DNA of 64,000 bases from the NCBI GenBank assembly GCA_964016885.1, contig OZ024740.1, positions 366,668,001-366,732,000 of the forward strand, in the 5' to 3' direction. This DNA is from Eledone cirrhosa. Taxonomy: Eukaryota. The notes beneath the pieces are model-generated. The model saw nothing but the letters and a program-made list of their open reading frames with translations. It did no database searches and was not told the origin of the DNA. Position 1 is the stretch's first letter. The number at the start of each line of letters is the position of its first letter. The position numbers and the translations under genes are program-made. Of the stretch, positions 60,800 to 64,000 are shown piece by piece.

Positions 60800-61300
60800 C
60801 ATGGCTTCGCAACCTCGTGATTTCATTTTCCAGCAGGTCCTATCAGAAGCAACCGTCTTCAACTATTTCGGCTCGACCCCAAACGAGATCAACTGAGCTC
60901 ATGGATGTTATCCAACCATCTTTCTTGTAGTCGATCTCCCGGTTTCCTGCCGGTTGGCTTTACCCGTAAAATCTGTTCAGTGATTCTTTCCTTAGACATA
61001 CTAAGCATATGTACATAGTATCGGAGCTGTGATCTCTCGATTAAGAAAAGTAGCGACTCTACGTGGAGTGACTCTCTGATCTCCGAGCTACGCACCCTAT
61101 TGAGTAAAGTTACTCCAAAAATCCTTCGAAGGAACCTTATTTCGGCCATTACCCAAGATTTATGATCATAGGTAAGGGTAGGCACAGCCACCGAATTAAA
61201 GATAGCGAGTTTGGATTTTACGTCTAGCCTCCTTCTTCTGATGATCGGCTGTTAAAACTGGTGTATTACGGTACCAGCTCCAGCAATTCTTGCAATTAAT
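60800..61300 (-). mobile_element. RTE-like LINE 3' fragment
   Basis: PTLTY..SW, AEIRFLRRIFGVTLLNRVRSSEIRESL..IERSQLR..H, GRKP..RW.D. Confidence 0.8.
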
Positions 61301-61630
61301 TTACTACTACTCCATACCACCCCCTAGTAAGACTAACGTATAAACTATTTATTTTTATTTTTCTCTACTTGGCTAAATTATTACACATCGTCTTTTTGTC
61401 ATTTTGTTTTCATTTAAAGCAAACAGATTTGTAATACTTTTTTGCCTTATTTGTGTAATTCGTCGAAATACTCACTTTGTCCTATGTTACCTTGTTTTGT
61501 CCTGTTATCGTCCTGTGTGCACTGAAATGAATGGTATCAACTTTAATTATTGAAACTGTAAGGGTTTCCAGATGTTGACTGAAGAGATGTGACTATCCGT
61601 ATTTTTCTGTTGTCTTTCTCGTGGTTACTT

Positions 61631-61738
<108 letters not shown>

Positions 61739-61853
61739 TGTGTGTGTGCATAAATGTATATGTATATAAAGACATACACACACACATATATATCAACAGG
61801 CTTTATAAGGCCAAGTGTCAGGCATAATATTCATCATAGGATCCTTTACGTGG

Positions 61854-61907
<54 letters not shown>

Positions 61908-61912
<5 letters not shown>

Positions 61913-62335
61913 TAAACGGAATAGAAAATGCTGACAAATTGTTCACAGTTGAAAAATGGTTTAATTAGGAATAAAAGAGTATTAGTGATTGTATGGGTTA
62001 GTATTCAGTTGTGGTTTTAAGTTTTTAAGTTTTTACCGGTTGCGCATTTCTAAATGCTTTTCAAAAATAATTTTGAGATAGAGTGTCCGTGCTGTTTGCT
62101 CTGATCAGAGCAATCAGCACGGACACTCTATCTCAAAATTATTTTTGAAAAGCATTTAGAAATGCGCAACCGGTAAAAACTTAAAAACTTAAAACCACAA
62201 CTGAATACTAACCCATACAATCACTAATACTCTTTTATTCCTAATTAAACCATTTTTCAACTGTGAACAATTTGTCAGTATTTTCTATTCCGTTTACCAA
62301 TATATAATAACTTGTGTGTTACACCTCTATTCTTT

Positions 62336-62340
<5 letters not shown>
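61908..62340. repeat. Fold-back element, about 200-bp near-perfect arms, spacerless centre ctgatcag, short tail
   Basis: 61908-62104 mirrors 62105-62303; (TA)n on both sides. Confidence 0.9.
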
Positions 62341-62401
<61 letters not shown>

Positions 62402-63399
62402 CGTATATGTGTGCGTGTGTATTTATAATTAAATCATTAATTACGAGTAAGACTATCATATAATTCACATAAGGCCTTATAAATAATAAGGTCGTCCAAA
62501 AGGTGATAGATAGACGATTCATATATTAGTAGAAAGCTTACTGTTATTTTCTGTCTTAAATATGTAATTAGTATATCGTATATCACACACAAGTGATGAA
62601 ATACACGCATTCATAGAACATATATGCAAGCCAACACCTGTATAGTGAGACCTACTATTTAGAAGCACACACACACACACACATACACAGAAACTTATAC
62701 GCACACGATGCATACACAATCATATACATAGACATGAATCGTAACACGCAACACATGTATAGTAACTTATATGCCATACACAATAGCAAGAATATAAATA
62801 GATATATTATCACAAAGAACATTTGCAAAAGCTCTTATACAAACATACACGTTTAAAGAATAGTAACAGAGATTATATACGACAATTCACGGAAACACAC
62901 GAGAAAATACGATTTCAAGCACAAAGCATACGCAGGCGTGCTCACACATATAAACATAAGTACAGTCATCCTGAACGTGAAGCACGCGCTCCACGAGAGA
63001 GACTTTTTTCTAAATTTTACATATATTTGTTCACACCATACATGTTTTTCTATTGATGGGGAGGAATCACATTTTTGATGTGTCGGGATGGAGCATAGAA
63101 CAAAAAGTTCAAGGACCATTGATATAAAATAACTTAAAATTCATTTACACAAACACACTTGCATACGCTAATAGTAACTCAGAACTCATTCAAACAAACA
63201 CACTTACTTGCACACACTAATGCATGTATATATGTATGTATGGTCCCGTAACCCCTGATAGAGCCGTAGGGGCGCCGTATTGACATAGGGCGTTTCTTGG
63301 GCATTTTAAACATGGCTGAGCCCATCTCTCTCCAGGCCCGAGTACAGCAGCTATTTTCTATAGAAAGATAGAAAGTTAGAGAAAAGAAATGAGAAAGAG

Positions 63400-63550
63400 A
63401 ACCGACTCCAGTACTAGACTGGTACTTTTTTTATCGACCCCGAATGGATGAAAGGCAAAGTTGGCTTCTGCTGGATTTGGACTCAGAGAGCAGAGAGCTG
63501 GAATGAATACCATAAAGCATTCTATCCGACGTTCTAACGGCTCTGCACAC
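63400..63550 (-). mobile_element. tRNA-derived SINE (diverged)
   Basis: ctggtactttttttatcgaccccgaatggatgaaaggcaaagt core. Confidence 0.75.
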
Positions 63551-63689
63551 ACTAATAGTAACATACAAAACACACACTATCATACACTTGTATATAGTAA
63601 CTATCAGCTTTTACACACACACACACACACACACACGTGTTATTGTAGCACAATATTGTAGCATACTATACACACACTATGAATGTCTG

Positions 63690-63970
63690 TTAGATCTCCG
63701 CCAGTTACAACGATGAGTGGTCCAGTTGTTTGGCCAAGGCAACAGCCTGCTCATGAAATCAACGTACAACCGGCTAAGTATTGTACGGAGACCATATTTA
63801 ATGTAGTTCTCGGGGTTATATGATTTGACACAATGTAACTAAGCTAGCCTTTTGATGTATAGACTTTTTCTCAGATGAGTGTCTTACTCAATAACACAAC
63901 ACGTTACCGTTAGTCGAACTCACGACCTTATGATTGTAAACTGACACCATAACCACTAAGTGACGTGCCT
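63690..63970. mobile_element. Second interspersed repeat family (SINE-like)
   Basis: gcctgctcatgaaatcaacgt..gctaagta and cgaactcacgac motifs shared with 59500-59660 and 58075-58270. Confidence 0.5.
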
Positions 63971-64000
63971 TTACATACGCATACATGTGTACAGTAACAG

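Noticed and set aside
60542-60862. 106-aa - strand ORF as a host exon
   Set aside because: Starts inside an RTE 3' end; no convincing splice sites or phase link.
61550-61600. GAAAC...CTGAAGA hammerhead candidate
   Set aside because: No convincing stems could be built.

Overview
AT-rich, microsatellite-dense eukaryotic DNA. The SINE, LINE and Penelope content suggests a cephalopod (Octopus-like) genome, which is inference only. Most ORF-track entries are (TA)n/(CA)n artefacts. Host genes: a six-exon + strand gene of unknown function reconstructed by splice-phase matching (2637-22156, 3' end unresolved), and two tentative small divergent two-exon genes at about 57-59.3 kb. Mobile DNA: Penelope-like elements (PLEs), including one with a long RT+GIY-YIG ORF inside a 2.1-kb near-perfect inverted duplication, plus CR1-, RTE-, L1/Tx1- and CRE-like LINE fragments, Tc1 and Chapaev-like transposase relics, Helentron/HINE-like elements and tRNA-derived SINEs. 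The main hidden signal is about 20 predicted minimal hammerhead ribozymes in at least six sequence families, with compensatory stem changes and a recurrent CCGAAGA core variant. They sit in (TA)n-embedded fold-back elements with one short arm and one tailed arm. All structures were read by eye; no searches or folding programs were run.
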